DNA of 41,934 nucleotides from a virus: UHGV virus genome UHGV-0119548; one strand, 5' to 3'. Shown piece by piece: positions 34,305 to 41,934 of this stretch (position 1 is its first letter; each line of letters starts with the position of its first letter). The notes under the pieces were generated by a model. It saw only the letters and a program-made list of their open reading frames with translations, ran no database searches and was not told where the DNA came from. The position numbers and the translations under genes were made by a program.

Positions 34305-34481
34305 TTATTTTTGATTCTCTGTTTCGTTCAGCCTTTCGGTGTGTCCGGCCCTTAGCCAATGATCTAAGCATTCGTTGCACTCGTTACAGCCTCCTTTCTT
34401 TGTGCTGCATACATTGCACATTGCACGCATGACGCTTTCTCGTTCATAGTCGTCATGCCATTGGTAATTATCAAAAGACAT
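34305..34481 (-). CDS. small Cys-rich (zinc-ribbon-like) protein (58 aa)
   Basis: ATG 34481 with AGGGAGGGAG RBS; MSFDNYQWHDDYERESVMRAMCNVCSTKKGGCNECNECLDHW... Confidence 0.45.
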   Translation of the reverse strand: MSFDNYQWHDDYERESVMRAMCNVCSTKKGGCNECNECLDHWLRAGHTERLNETENQK

Positions 34482-34559
34482 AATGCTCCCTCCCTTTAAG
34501 GTGATTTCTACGCATTTCAGCGCTGCCGGATTTTTAAAGAGCATTTCGTTTGCTTGAAG

Positions 34560-34638
34560 TATACAAAATGGATACACGTAAACAAGACGAAAAGCGCCAT
34601 TATGTGACCTGTATCACACAATGACGCCATTTTGTAAA
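34560..34638. promoter_or_regulatory. inverted TATACAAAATGG / CCATTTTGTAAA motif pair with internal CGCCATT(A/T)TGT(G/A)A direct repeats
   Basis: exact 12-mer at 34560-34571 (identical to 11915-11926), inverted copy 34627-34638; CCATTTTGTATACT supplies a -10-like TATACT for the downstream gene. Confidence 0.4.
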
Positions 34639-34640
34639 CT

Positions 34641-35405
34641 TCAGTCCGGTAAAACGCGGTTGAGCGTAGTACGATTGATGGCCCGGTCGTTAGCCAGGAA
34701 TACAGCACGGGCAAAGCCACGCGGCGTTAGTGAGCGGATCATCTTAGTGCGTTTCGACTTTCCTCCTAACTTAGCGTGCTGCTTACTGTCTTCCCATTCA
34801 TCAGGCATTGGCACAGGCAGGAATAGCGGCTGATTAAATCCATTCCCGCACCAGATACAAGTTTTCTTCGTGTATGCGTCGCGGTCGGCGATGTATTCCG
34901 GGAAGGCAGGATGTTTGTCATCTTCAGGCAGGTAGCCACCGTAAGCGCACGGGTTGAAGATAAAATCCGGCTTACGCCATAACGTTGACAGCGCACCTAC
35001 CGGATTTTCCACCATCCACGGGACGTGGTACATATCAGCAAGCGTTTCTACCAGTTTTGCGTTGTATGCCGCCTTCTGCTGGAAGTAAGGTTCTTTTTTC
35101 CGCTTATCAGCAAACCAGCGAGCGCCGGACACCGCAAGATCGTCGCACGGAGGAAAGCCCAGGATAATGTCAGGATCTGGATAAACAGACAATTCAGGGG
35201 AGAACATTACCAGGAAATGGCTGTCAATCCATACGTTGATATACTCAATGTTCGGATGAATGATTTTGACGCCTTCATAATCGCCGTGATTAGCGCCATC
35301 ATAGTTGAAGCAATAGCATTTATAACCAGCGTCGGCCCAATCTTTAACGGCGTATCCGCTGCCGTCGTACAGCGACCACACCACCCAATTTCTAAGCCCA
35401 CTCAT
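34641..35405 (-). CDS. DNA (cytosine-5)-methyltransferase-like protein (254 aa)
   Basis: C5-MTase motif order: LYDGSGY (motif I-like), GFPPCDDLAVSG (PC motif), MVENPVG (ENV motif). Confidence 0.6.
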   Translation of the reverse strand: MSGLRNWVVWSLYDGSGYAVKDWADAGYKCYCFNYDGANHGDYEGVKIIHPNIEYINVWIDSHFLVMFSPELSVYPDPDIILGFPPCDDLAVSGARWFADKRKKEPYFQQKAAYNAKLVETLADMYHVPWMVENPVGALSTLWRKPDFIFNPCAYGGYLPEDDKHPAFPEYIADRDAYTKKTCIWCGNGFNQPLFLPVPMPDEWEDSKQHAKLGGKSKRTKMIRSLTPRGFARAVFLANDRAINRTTLNRVLPD

Positions 35406-35947
35406 TTCCTACCCTCGAACGTAAAGTAGCGGCGCATGATGATAGTGATCACCGTTACCGCCGCCATTTTTGAGATGAATTGCATAGCTGATATTTCCGG
35501 CATGAATGCCATAAACGATAGCGTTGGGAAAATTAACGCATCGCCGATAGCTGAAGCTATATTTGCAGGCCAGCGTTTCGAATCGAAATCACCAGGTAAA
35601 ACACGGTAAACGCCGCCAGAAATAAGCGCACAGGAAACAACCGCAACGAATGACGCGATCGCCACCATTCCTGCATCATAGTTTATCAGCACCGTAATTG
35701 CGCCAGCGGCGGCGCATGTTGTAGCCGACCATTTCAGGCCGCCGTCATATAACAAGAAGTCACGGATCATCATATTGACACACACTGCGGCTACCGTGGT
35801 GATCGGAATTACCCACGGGCCACAGTGGTTAACAATAAGATTGATGATCACGAAAACGGCGACATAAACGCAGGCTAATAACCTGTCAATTGTCACCCTT
35901 TTCATTTGGATCGTACCTCTTATCACGAATAGCTTCAGCTCTATCAA
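35402..35947 (-). CDS. multi-pass inner-membrane protein (181 aa; TTG start per track)
   Basis: 4-5 hydrophobic segments; ATGA coupling to the methyltransferase gene downstream. Confidence 0.55.
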   Translation of the reverse strand: MIELKLFVIRGTIQMKRVTIDRLLACVYVAVFVIINLIVNHCGPWVIPITTVAAVCVNMMIRDFLLYDGGLKWSATTCAAAGAITVLINYDAGMVAIASFVAVVSCALISGGVYRVLPGDFDSKRWPANIASAIGDALIFPTLSFMAFMPEISAMQFISKMAAVTVITIIMRRYFTFEGRK

Positions 35948-36386
35948 ACTTCAAATCAAGTCGAGTTGAAATGCAACCACATTGAGGGTTAAGCATAGAA
36001 GGCGGCAATCCCTTACAACTGGTTATAGCTTCATCTTTTATTAATCCACCATTCAGCGGCATATCAAAAACAGCCTGTTTCTTTCTTTGTTCTTCCTCAC
36101 GTTCCGTTAATATTTGCTCAGCTTTTAGCGCGTTATAGCTAATTAAATCAATTAGTGTGTCTGTCGGATCGCTGTTATTGCTCAAAATAGCCTCTAAACG
36201 CACCTCCTTGAGACAAATTAGCAGATCCCATACATCAAGCGTGGTTAAATCTGCCCCCTTCTTAGCGTTGTAAATAGTGGCTATTTTTGGCGCTGATTTT
36301 TCCTCTTTTTTGTCGTAGCCGTTTTGCTTACCTCTTTGCTCTATGGTTTCTGATGCAAGTCTTAATAAATCTGCTGCCTTAGTCAT
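35886..36386 (-). CDS. hypothetical protein (166 aa)
   Basis: ORF overlapping Dam stop by 8 nt. Confidence 0.5.
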   Translation of the reverse strand: MTKAADLLRLASETIEQRGKQNGYDKKEEKSAPKIATIYNAKKGADLTTLDVWDLLICLKEVRLEAILSNNSDPTDTLIDLISYNALKAEQILTEREEEQRKKQAVFDMPLNGGLIKDEAITSCKGLPPSMLNPQCGCISTRLDLKFDRAEAIRDKRYDPNEKGDN

Positions 36387-36918
36387 TATTTGCGCCTCTC
36401 GCGTATAGCTCTTTACGTGTTATCTGCGTGAAAATACATTCATGTCTGCACCGTGGATGCCAGATCAAGAACAAGCTCCCTTTATTGTTTCCGCTTGCTG
36501 GTTTCCCTGTCGCGGCATTTATAAAAGCCAGCCGCCCGCGCGTAATTAATCGGCATTCGTTTGCCGTCTCCACGCCGTTCATAAACCAGTTAACAGAAAT
36601 GTCAGCGGGCAATAACATTACACAGCCAATGTGATTTCGTTGATGTTCAAGCGCCGCCTTATCAACGAATGGCCCCGGATTAGAATATGGCGGATTCATC
36701 CAGACATACTCACCAGGCATCGCCACCGCTCCCCACGGATAATGGAGCGTGTCCATTTCTTCGGTTATATATCGCGGTATTAATGCGTTTGCCTTGTTTG
36801 CCGCCACATCCGCGACGAATTCGAATTCCAGATCCATTCCTCTAAAAACAGGTTTCGGCGTCTGCCATAGGTCTTTTATTTCTTTCGGCGTGTTGCTGCC
36901 GCCGTAATCATTTTTCAT
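36379..36918 (-). CDS. dam: phage-type DNA N6-adenine methyltransferase (Dam)
   Basis: N-terminal WQTP and catalytic VWMNPPYS (NPPY) motif; 179 aa, typical of small phage Dam. Confidence 0.85.
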   Translation of the reverse strand: MKNDYGGSNTPKEIKDLWQTPKPVFRGMDLEFEFVADVAANKANALIPRYITEEMDTLHYPWGAVAMPGEYVWMNPPYSNPGPFVDKAALEHQRNHIGCVMLLPADISVNWFMNGVETANECRLITRGRLAFINAATGKPASGNNKGSLFLIWHPRCRHECIFTQITRKELYARGANND

Positions 36919-36927
36919 TACGCCCCC

Positions 36928-37179
36928 TTAGAAATAATCCTGATCAGTTCCCCATCGGTTGTTCAAATACCCCACCAGCCAGACAAAACGCTCGATACTG
37001 ATTAGCGGGGCGACCTTGCGATAATGCTTGTCTAATATCAGCCGCGTGGCTTTATCGCTGTAGCCGTTCTTTTCCACCTCCGCTTTGCAGGCCGAAAGCG
37101 CCGCGCGGGCGGCAGTTTTTACGGCGTTAAATTGCGGCTCTGACATATTGAATAAAGCCATAGGATCACCATGTATCAT
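36928..37179 (-). CDS. hypothetical protein (83 aa)
   Basis: ORF in packed early array. Confidence 0.45.
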   Translation of the reverse strand: MIHGDPMALFNMSEPQFNAVKTAARAALSACKAEVEKNGYSDKATRLILDKHYRKVAPLISIERFVWLVGYLNNRWGTDQDYF

Positions 37180-37417
37180 CCCAATCCGGCGCGGCAGTCA
37201 AGCAAAAACCAATGAATGCGCTCACAGCCAATAAAGCGCGGGCTGCAAAAAGAATATTCCCAATGTCGTTAAATTCAGGCAGCGACCACGTAATAAACAT
37301 ACCCCCCAGCATAATAACACCGATAACAGTCAGGGCCGCCAGGAAAACAAAAAGCGTAGCCAAAAGCCACGCCCCCAACCAGTTAAAAAAGCTCTTAAGC
37401 ATTTTAAACGTCCTCAA
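37166..37417 (-). CDS. small membrane protein (83 aa, two TM segments)
   Basis: WLGAWLLATLFVFLAALTVIGVIMLGGMFI and LLAVSAFIGFCL hydrophobic segments. Confidence 0.5.
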   Translation of the reverse strand: MRTFKMLKSFFNWLGAWLLATLFVFLAALTVIGVIMLGGMFITWSLPEFNDIGNILFAARALLAVSAFIGFCLTAAPDWDDTW

Positions 37418-37607
37418 TTACCCCGCCTTTCACGCGCTCTTTAATATCCCATACGTGAGGCTTGCATATTTCTTGATAGTAGTGATCCGGCCTGCTGCCG
37501 AAATACCATTTGCCATCCATATAAAAATAAACGCCAGAAAAATTTCCTGGCGCTGCCTTTGTTGCTGCTTCTGGAATTTTCCATTCCATGTAATGTTTAA
37601 ATTTCAT
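37404..37607 (-). CDS. hypothetical protein (67 aa)
   Basis: ORF in packed array. Confidence 0.45.
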   Translation of the reverse strand: MKFKHYMEWKIPEAATKAAPGNFSGVYFYMDGKWYFGSRPDHYYQEICKPHVWDIKERVKGGVIEDV

Positions 37608-37791
37608 GAGTTTTTAAATAACCCCTTCTGAATGCTTTGATGTAAAGTCCTAGCCTTCTTATATGCTGAACGCCATCAATGATGCGCACTAAATAAATTG
37701 CACCGTTTGTGTCAGATACAAAACGACAGCCAAAACCAATACCAACCAACTTCAGGTTGTCAGGTATTCTATAATCAGTTTTCTGTTCCAT
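37597..37791 (-). CDS. hypothetical protein (64 aa)
   Basis: ORF in packed array. Confidence 0.45.
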   Translation of the reverse strand: MEQKTDYRIPDNLKLVGIGFGCRFVSDTNGAIYLVRIIDGVQHIRRLGLYIKAFRRGYLKTHEI

Positions 37792-37889
37792 GCCTCACCT
37801 CATATGGTATTCAATAAGCCACCTGATAAACAGACATAAGGCAATAAAACCCCAGCAACAGCACATATAAAACAATGTGTCGTCCATAA

Positions 37890-38108
37890 TTAAGCCTCAA
37901 TAACACCGTAATCAAACGTGCCTAAATACCGTTCGATACTTACAACCTCAATACCATCAATACACCGTTTCCACACAGACACCTGGCTTTCATTTTCTCT
38001 GAAGTGCATATTAGAAAGCACTTCATCGGCTGGATAGTCTTTCCCGGCGACGTAGGCATCGTGACCTACGCCACCTTCTACGCAATAAAGCATCAATTCG
38101 CGTTCCAT
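37890..38108 (-). CDS. hypothetical protein (72 aa from ATG 38108)
   Basis: internal ATG with strong RBS GGAGGAAG; track ORF extends to 38165. Confidence 0.45.
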   Translation of the reverse strand: MERELMLYCVEGGVGHDAYVAGKDYPADEVLSNMHFRENESQVSVWKRCIDGIEVVSIERYLGTFDYGVIEA

Positions 38109-38207
38109 TTTTGCTTCCTCCGCACCGTAAACCTTTTGATTTCGGCTTACAAAACGGATATGCAATTACAATACAAAATGTATATTTATGTGATCGGAAT
38201 TACTCGG

Positions 38208-38828
38208 TTAATGCAGTACACGTTTTCCCTGTTCAGGCGTCGGCTGTGCGTTTTTCCGTGCGTCATTAAGCACAGCGATAGCCGCCTGTACGCCGAAATC
38301 ATTTGCACGCATATCATTGCCAACCATTTCACCGTAAAACAATGGCATGAGCGATTTTACTTCTTCCTCTTTGTGGCCTTCCTCAATGTATTTCTGCAAC
38401 ATCTTAACCTCAAAGATATTTTTCATCAGGCCGCGCATAGAATGCAGTGAAACACTACAAAGCTGATCCTTGTTCAACGGGAAAATAACAGCACTTCCGA
38501 ACGCGAGCGGATCAACCTCTTCCGGCACTGGTACGCGTCCGAATTCTTCCTCCATGCGCTTCACAAAAGTAAGAGAGAATACATAACGCGCTACCGATGT
38601 TTTTTCTTCCATACTTAAAGACACGTAATCGCGGATTGACGCCCCCATCACAATATCAACAACCTGTAGCGCCAGATTCAAATCAGCGTCATACGCGCCA
38701 GCTTCCATATCTTTCAATACTTCGTGATAATCTTTAATTTCCACTTCGTGAAAGTTTGCATCATCTGTATAGCGAGTGATCAACATACCTTCATTACCGA
38801 GAGAGTAAGCTGTTTTGATGTCGTTCAT
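38208..38828 (-). CDS. hypothetical protein (206 aa)
   Basis: ORF, no motif recognised. Confidence 0.5.
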   Translation of the reverse strand: MNDIKTAYSLGNEGMLITRYTDDANFHEVEIKDYHEVLKDMEAGAYDADLNLALQVVDIVMGASIRDYVSLSMEEKTSVARYVFSLTFVKRMEEEFGRVPVPEEVDPLAFGSAVIFPLNKDQLCSVSLHSMRGLMKNIFEVKMLQKYIEEGHKEEEVKSLMPLFYGEMVGNDMRANDFGVQAAIAVLNDARKNAQPTPEQGKRVLH

Positions 38829-38841
38829 GATATTTATCCTT

Positions 38842-39174
38842 TTATAGTGGGTGATGCCATTTCATTTCTGTTTCTGAATTAAACGGGTTTCCTTCGCTTG
38901 AAAGGAATAAATCACGCTCCCGTTTCAGTTCTTCCGGGCTTATTTCTATTTCATCAATCTGACCGAACGATCCCGGCATCATTCGTTTTAAATCAGATAG
39001 CGGACGCATAAGGCCGCAGCCGCGTAACAGCATATCGACCGCGAATTGTCTACGTCCGGCGGCGTCATTAAAGCGCCGTGCCCAGGGCACAACCACGATC
39101 CTGCGTTCGAATTCGATAAATAGTGATAGCTTGTTTGTTTCGCTATCATATGCTTTATGGAATTTAATTTTCAT
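38842..39174 (-). CDS. hypothetical protein (110 aa)
   Basis: ORF, no motif recognised. Confidence 0.5.
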   Translation of the reverse strand: MKIKFHKAYDSETNKLSLFIEFERRIVVVPWARRFNDAAGRRQFAVDMLLRGCGLMRPLSDLKRMMPGSFGQIDEIEISPEELKRERDLFLSSEGNPFNSETEMKWHHPL

Positions 39175-39355
39175 TTAACACCTCGACGTATTGCTCAAGA
39201 TGCCATGTACCAACTTCATCCATGTTTTCGTCGTATATAATGACCTCTCCGCCTTGCCTGAATCTGAAAGCAGTAGCTGTAAATTCACGGCCCCACCACG
39301 CCTTTAATCGCTCCCCACCTTTCATGTGTTTAACCTTTACTTCTTTTATGGCCAT
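39164..39355 (-). CDS. hypothetical protein (63 aa)
   Basis: ORF overlapping neighbours. Confidence 0.45.
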   Translation of the reverse strand: MAIKEVKVKHMKGGERLKAWWGREFTATAFRFRQGGEVIIYDENMDEVGTWHLEQYVEVLNEN

Positions 39356-39618
39356 ACGCCGAACATCCCATTCAGTCCGGCGAACAATTTCCGCCAGTGG
39401 TTTTCAACATAAGCCCGGAACGGCTTAACGCGAACATTGCGGGCCTTCAGTTCAATCTTGTCGAAGAAACGCGGCTCTATAATTGTTCCGTCCAGATATT
39501 TAACCAGGATCGGGCGCTCAAGATCGTTATATGTCTTGTTCAGCACAACCAGACCAGGGTCACTACGATATTCAGACAAAACAACAAGATCGCCCTCTTT
39601 TACATTCCAAGTAACCAT
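39346..39618 (-). CDS. hypothetical protein (about 90 aa)
   Basis: ATG 39618 overlaps upstream peptide stop (track GTG start 39621). Confidence 0.45.
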   Translation of the reverse strand: MVTWNVKEGDLVVLSEYRSDPGLVVLNKTYNDLERPILVKYLDGTIIEPRFFDKIELKARNVRVKPFRAYVENHWRKLFAGLNGMFGVWP

Positions 39619-39737
39619 CACATCACCACCTTACCAATAAAAGCCAATACCGCAGCAAGTGCTCCGCAAAATACAATCGTAAACAGGAAACAAATAACGC
39701 AAAACGCGACCGTCACAATATCCTTACCGACTTTCAT
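39618..39737 (-). CDS. small hydrophobic peptide (39 aa)
   Basis: RBS GAGG; MKVGKDIVTVAFCVICFLFTIVFCGALAAVLAFIGKVVM. Confidence 0.4.
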   Translation of the reverse strand: MKVGKDIVTVAFCVICFLFTIVFCGALAAVLAFIGKVVM

Positions 39738-39745
39738 GATTGGCC

Positions 39746-39859
39746 TCACATGTTAGTGATGAGTTTAATGATCGATACCGTGATATAAAGCGATACGCTG
39801 AGATACAGCACGGCGATAGATAAAGCCGCAAGCAATGCGGCAATTTTTGCAAGGTTCAT
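39746..39859 (-). CDS. small hydrophobic peptide (37 aa)
   Basis: RBS GGAGGGTGG; ATGA coupling with upstream gene; MNLAKIAALLAALSIAVLYLSVSLYITVSIIKLITNM. Confidence 0.4.
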   Translation of the reverse strand: MNLAKIAALLAALSIAVLYLSVSLYITVSIIKLITNM

Positions 39860-40080
39860 TTGCCACCCTCCGCAATGAACTTATTAAGCCATTTGTTATT
39901 AGCCAGCCGTTCGGTATCTTCGCCGAATGATTTACGGTCGCTTAATTCCTGGCGAGTAAGCTGAGGACATTTATCGTGCCACCCCGCAGACGTTTCGAAC
40001 TCATACAGGCCGCCGTCAAAATAAATAAGCTCATCACGACCGTCAGGAATTTCCTTGTCTACTTCTTTTTCTTTAATCAT
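39856..40080 (-). CDS. hypothetical acidic protein (74 aa)
   Basis: ORF in early array. Confidence 0.45.
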   Translation of the reverse strand: MIKEKEVDKEIPDGRDELIYFDGGLYEFETSAGWHDKCPQLTRQELSDRKSFGEDTERLANNKWLNKFIAEGGK

Positions 40081-40092
40081 GATAACACCTCA

Positions 40093-40371
40093 TTAATCGT
40101 TAATGACCTGGCCCATACGCCCGCGATATTTGCGCATACGTGGATCGACATATTCAGGCCAATGCATATCCGGTTTTCTTTGCAGTGGGTAAAAACTTGC
40201 CTGCCAGTTGTCGAACCATATTTGCTTTGCGTACAGGTCACTAAATCTTTTCGCCATCCGATCCGCTGCCGTGCCGCATAAAAAAAGCCCGCGATCGATT
40301 TGATCACGGGCTTCTCTTAAAACTTTCTCTTTTGTTCGCGGCGGCGGTGGTGCTTTTAAATAATTACCCAT
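40093..40371 (-). CDS. hypothetical protein (92 aa)
   Basis: ORF downstream of ssb. Confidence 0.45.
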   Translation of the reverse strand: MGNYLKAPPPPRTKEKVLREARDQIDRGLFLCGTAADRMAKRFSDLYAKQIWFDNWQASFYPLQRKPDMHWPEYVDPRMRKYRGRMGQVIND

Positions 40372-40386
40372 CGCTAACCTATTGAA

Positions 40387-40803
40387 TCAGAATGGAATAT
40401 CATCGTCGAAGTCCATCGGCGGCGGATTATTCCCGTTATTATTTTGAGGCGGTGGCGCTTTCTGCTGCTGGCCTTGCTGCTGGCCTTGTTGGTTAACGTT
40501 CATGAATTCAAATTCGTTAACCGCCACTTCTACCGCAGTTCCCTTCGTGCCGTCGTTCCGGTCATATTGCCGAACATCAAGGCGACCGCTTACCACTATT
40601 TTCCCACCCTTGCGGATATGTGGCGCTAATTTTTCCGCACGCTCACCAAATACCAGACAAGTGATCCACATTACCCGCTTATTATCGCCGTAGCCATTCG
40701 TTACAGCTAACGGAAAACTACCAATCGCTTTCCCGCTCGGCGTGTAGCGAACCTCCATATCATTACCTATATTCCCGCCCGCCGTGATTGAATTTAAACT
40801 CAT
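40387..40803 (-). CDS. ssb: single-stranded DNA-binding protein
   Basis: OB-fold-like N-terminal domain, Gly/Gln/Pro-rich linker, acidic C-terminal tail DFDDDIPF. Confidence 0.85.
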   Translation of the reverse strand: MSLNSITAGGNIGNDMEVRYTPSGKAIGSFPLAVTNGYGDNKRVMWITCLVFGERAEKLAPHIRKGGKIVVSGRLDVRQYDRNDGTKGTAVEVAVNEFEFMNVNQQGQQQGQQQKAPPPQNNNGNNPPPMDFDDDIPF

Positions 40804-41444
40804 TAACCCATCTCCCCGTTAAGCTCCGCTTTGCGGATACCATATACGTCTTGCGCTTTCTGCCTTTGCTCTGAATTTTCAGGCAATAACTTCCAGCATT
40901 TACCGAATATTTCCCTTAGTGTTTTTTCGTCCGGCGCTTTCGCTGCTGCATCACAGAAACGTGCTAACACTTCATCAGGATTTGGCGGCGCTTTCTTCTG
41001 CTGCTGTTGTTGTTTTGGTGGGTTTTTCTGTTGTCGCGGCTGCTGGCCTGTCTGCTTCGCGTAATCATCAGTATCAGGATCGCGAGCATCATCTATGCAG
41101 AATAAACCGTTCAAAGCATATTTCCGCGCGTAACTTGATGTTGCTCCTGTTAGCTGGCTGGCGTCCATACCCTTCTTGCTTTCTTCCTCCCTGGCATAAG
41201 CAGTTACCGCTATTACGTCTTCACCGTCGCTTAGCGTCGCCGTGGCTTTCACATAATAGCGATTGCCGATCAGGACAATTTCATCACTAACAGTCAGCGT
41301 GATATTTTGAAGCAGTGGTTTAACCGCCTCTAAAATATCCTCCGCCGACCTGTAATTATACCCGCCAAAATTATTACGCTGATTTTTCGGCGCGTTCAGC
41401 GTTTGCTGAATCGTCCATAGCTTTTTATGTAACTCTGTTTTCAC
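40803..41444 (-). CDS. erf: Erf-family single-strand annealing recombinase
   Basis: blocks LNAPKNQ, YRSAEDILEAVKPLL, DEIVLIGNRYYVKATATLSDGE, QLTGATSSYARKYALNGLF match P22 Erf as recalled; GTG start with AAGGAG RBS. Confidence 0.85.
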   Translation of the reverse strand: MKTELHKKLWTIQQTLNAPKNQRNNFGGYNYRSAEDILEAVKPLLQNITLTVSDEIVLIGNRYYVKATATLSDGEDVIAVTAYAREEESKKGMDASQLTGATSSYARKYALNGLFCIDDARDPDTDDYAKQTGQQPRQQKNPPKQQQQQKKAPPNPDEVLARFCDAAAKAPDEKTLREIFGKCWKLLPENSEQRQKAQDVYGIRKAELNGEMG

Positions 41445-41583
41445 CCTTTAATCTCCTTCGCTGTTAACACTATGTATAAGGCTTTATTCGCGGCGCTCCA
41501 CATTTCGGCATCATGAAGCATTTCCGCTACCGCCAGTTTGAATTGAAGCGCCAGAATAACCATAATGTTACCCCCGAATGTTT

Positions 41584-41593
41584 ACATTTTGTA
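41584..41593. promoter_or_regulatory. partial copy of the ACAAAATG motif (ACATTTTGTA)
   Basis: intergenic, upstream of erf on the minus strand. Confidence 0.25.
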
Positions 41594-41884
41594 TTAATGG
41601 TAGCGGACTTTATCCAGGGGTTTTTCCCCTAAATGGCGTGGTTGCGTTGCGTGGTAGTAGTTGCCGCTTTCATTTTCCGTATACCATTTCACTGATCCTT
41701 TGCGACGTTCTTTAATGCTATTTGGTTTGCATCTTTCCTCGTTTGCAAATCGAATAGCTTTATCCACATTGTCTGTTTTATTGATTGCAGGTGATGATTT
41801 TCTTTCGTTTTCTCTTTTTATCCTTCTGCGTTCTCTGGCATTCATTTTGCTATCACATTTGCCATATATAATTGTAACGCTCAT
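41594..41884 (-). CDS. hypothetical basic protein (96 aa)
   Basis: ORF; Arg/Lys-rich RERRRIKRENERK segment suggests nucleic-acid binding (speculative). Confidence 0.45.
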   Translation of the reverse strand: MSVTIIYGKCDSKMNARERRRIKRENERKSSPAINKTDNVDKAIRFANEERCKPNSIKERRKGSVKWYTENESGNYYHATQPRHLGEKPLDKVRYH

Positions 41885-41934
41885 AATCTGATCTCCGTAT
41901 ATCCTTGATGAAAATTAATAAAAATCATCTTCGT

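Noticed and set aside
34482-34577. N-terminal 32-codon extension of track ORF 34305-34577 (GTG start)
   Set aside because: The extension runs through the conserved intergenic motif region and has no RBS; the internal ATG at 34481 has a strong AGGGAGGGAG RBS.
35402-35947. Possible YhhQ/queuosine-precursor-transporter identity for the membrane protein
   Set aside because: Only a vague resemblance from memory and no 7-deazaguanine biosynthesis genes nearby; left as a generic membrane protein.
41605-41619. Hairpin AGGGG-TTTTT-CCCCT near the 3-prime end of ORF 41594-41884
   Set aside because: Lies within coding sequence and is not followed by a T-run on the transcribed strand; unlikely to be a terminator.

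Overview
The window reads as a nearly complete tailed-phage (siphovirus-type, lambdoid-mosaic) genome or prophage segment, with almost every gene on the minus strand. In transcription order (high to low coordinates) it runs: early recombination genes (Erf, SSB) and about 15 small ORFs; Dam and a Dcm-like methyltransferase; nin-type genes (NinG, RusA); a lambda-Q-like antiterminator; a 6-kb cassette of about 30 small genes including two paralog families; a promoter/terminator pair; a lysis cassette (holin, SAR endolysin, Rz with embedded Rz1); an HExxH protein; a tandem array of nine micro-ORFs for short hydrophobic peptides; then terminase, portal, head and tail genes ending in a 1656-aa J-like tail fibre. 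Three plus-strand islands with their own terminators interrupt the tail module, and a secreted-protein gene follows J. No integrase, repressor, replication-initiation genes, tRNA or CRISPR array is visible. The most unusual item is the micro-ORF array at 23352-24188, which sits below the 60-aa floor of the ORF track. Function calls rest on remembered family motifs and gene order, not on database searches; coordinates of short features derived by hand may be off by 1-2 nt.
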